NCBI RefSeq assembly: GCF_006345805.1
Contig: NC_043020.1
Location: 5,952,001-6,016,000 of the forward strand
Length of the DNA stretch: 64,000 nt
Direction of reading: 5' to 3'
From: Octopus sinensis
Lineage: Eukaryota
The position numbers were made by a program, and so were the translations under genes. The notes under the pieces were generated by a model. The model searched no databases, was not told the origin of the DNA, and was given only the letters and a program-made list of their open reading frames with translations. This document shows, piece by piece, positions 62,576 through 64,000 of this stretch. Within the stretch, counting starts at the first letter, position 1, and each line of letters starts with the position of its first letter.

Positions 62576-62999
62576 AAGGGAGTCCGAATTTGGTTGTGCA
62601 AGGGAATCCAGCCAGAAAGTCTAATGACAGTTTCTTCTGATAAGACCCTTTGAAAGAGGTGCCTGAGAACTCTAGCCCCATGACCCAGGAATAGTGGGCG
62701 GAAAAGATGGATGGTAAAGTTACCCTTCTCAAGTCATGGTGACCCGTAAGGGTCAGTTTCCTGGTTTCCATGGCATATAAATTCCCCCCACCTGGACAGG
62801 ACACTGGTCAGTAACAGGATCAACATGAAATGAGATGTTTTGCTCAAGAACACAATGTGTTGCCCGATCTGGGAATCGAAACCGCAATCTTATGATAATG
62901 AGTCCAACACCCTAACCACTAAGCCATCCATCTCCACTAAAAGATGGATGGGTGAACAGATGGCTGAATCTGAGCTGTTTATTGACAGAGAAGACTTAC

Positions 63000-63081
63000 G
63001 GAGATTGTGCTTGCGGGCGATGTAACGAAGAATGGCGTTGCTCTGCGATATCTTGTTGTCACCATCAATATAGTAAGGGAG
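63000..63081 (-). CDS. GSTM: Glutathione S-transferase, mu class, coding exon equivalent to vertebrate exon 4 (82 bp)
   Basis: tctttcag| ... |gtaagt on -. Translates [27 protein letters not shown], the G-site LPY..DG...QSNAI motif. Length matches the 82-bp GSTM exon 4. Confidence 0.95.
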
Positions 63082-63825
63082 CTGAAAGAAGAGAATAAGG
63101 AAACAGTAAGGAGTGTATATATGTAAATATTAGACATGTTGGGGAAATCGAAATCGAAATTGAACCAATCCTATGATTGGCACCCGGCAGATGCCAGGAG
63201 CCCTGGACTGGTGGTACGTAAAAAGCACTATCCGAATCGTGGCCGATGCCAGCGCCGCCTCGACTAGCTTCCGTGCCGGTGGCACGTGAATTGCACCAAT
63301 CCGACCGTGGCTGTTGCCAGCCTCGCCTGGCACCTGTGCGGGTGGCACGTAAAAAGCACCCACTACACTCACGGAGTGGTTGGCGTTAGGAAGGGCATCC
63401 AGCTGTAGAAACTCTGCCAGATAAGACTGGAGCCTGGTGCAGCCTTCTGGCTTCCCAGATCCCCGGTCGAACCGTCCAACCCATGCTAGCATGGAAAGCG
63501 GCCGCTAAACAATGATGATGATGATGATTAGTATGGGAGGGAGGGAGAGGGAGAGACAAGGGGTGTAGAATCATCTTGTGTGTATCAGTGTATGTAAGTG
63601 TATGCGATTGTGTGTGTGAGCATGTGTGTGCACCCGAGTCTGTGGGTGCAGGTGTGGCTGTGTGGTAAGAAGTTTGCTTCCTAATCACATGGTTCCGGGT
63701 TCAGTCCCACTCTGTGGCACCTTGGGCAAGTGTCTTCTACTATAGCTTCGGCCAACCAAAGCCTTGTGAGTGGATTTGGTAGACGGAAACTGAAAGAATC
63801 TTGTCATATATATATATATACATAC

Positions 63826-64000
63826 TATGCTACATGGCAGTGAAACATGGGCTGTGACAGCCAAGGATATGCATAGGTGTGAAAGAAATGAAGCCAGTAT
63901 GCTTCACTGGATGTGCAATGTCAGTGTGTATGTATGGCAGAGTGTAAACATCTTGAGAGAAAAGTTGGGCATAAGAGGCATCAGATGTTGTGTGCAAAAG
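63826..64000 (+). mobile_element. RTE-clade LINE fragment running off the window
   Basis: LHGSETWAVTAKDMHRCERNEASMLHWMCNVSV...LREKLGIRGIRCCVQ. Confidence 0.75.

Noticed and set aside
54777-63081. Assignment as S-crystallin or sigma-class GST
   Set aside because: The sequence motifs and exon sizes are mu-class.

Overview
Repeat-saturated, AT-rich eukaryotic DNA. Its SINE and microsatellite landscape looks like an Octopus (coleoid cephalopod) genome, which is an inference from repeat motifs. Two genes lie tail to tail. (1) A Rab43/Rab19-type GTPase on + has three coding exons (23957-24140, 26708-26853, 28118-28234); its first coding exon was not found and probably lies upstream of the window. 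(2) A mu-class glutathione S-transferase on - has four coding exons (63000-63081, 60989-61089, 58325-58420, 54777-54971); exons 1-3 lie beyond the window end. The rest is tRNA-derived SINEs of about four families (some in long head-to-tail arrays), RTE and CR1 LINE fragments, mariner and Merlin transposase remnants, piggyBac-, hAT- and Merlin-type MITEs with intact target-site duplications, one complete non-autonomous Helitron, Penelope-like remnants and microsatellites. Most ORFs in the supplied track are microsatellite or SINE artefacts. The most interesting signals are: six hammerhead-ribozyme-like motifs, including a tRNA-head + hammerhead foldback element and three motifs in the sense strand of GST-mu introns; a twice-present MITE-spacer-MITE composite whose 116-bp cargo is far more conserved than its arms; and a TSD-flanked foldback with ~122-bp arms. 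All alignments and counts were done by eye and no searches were run.
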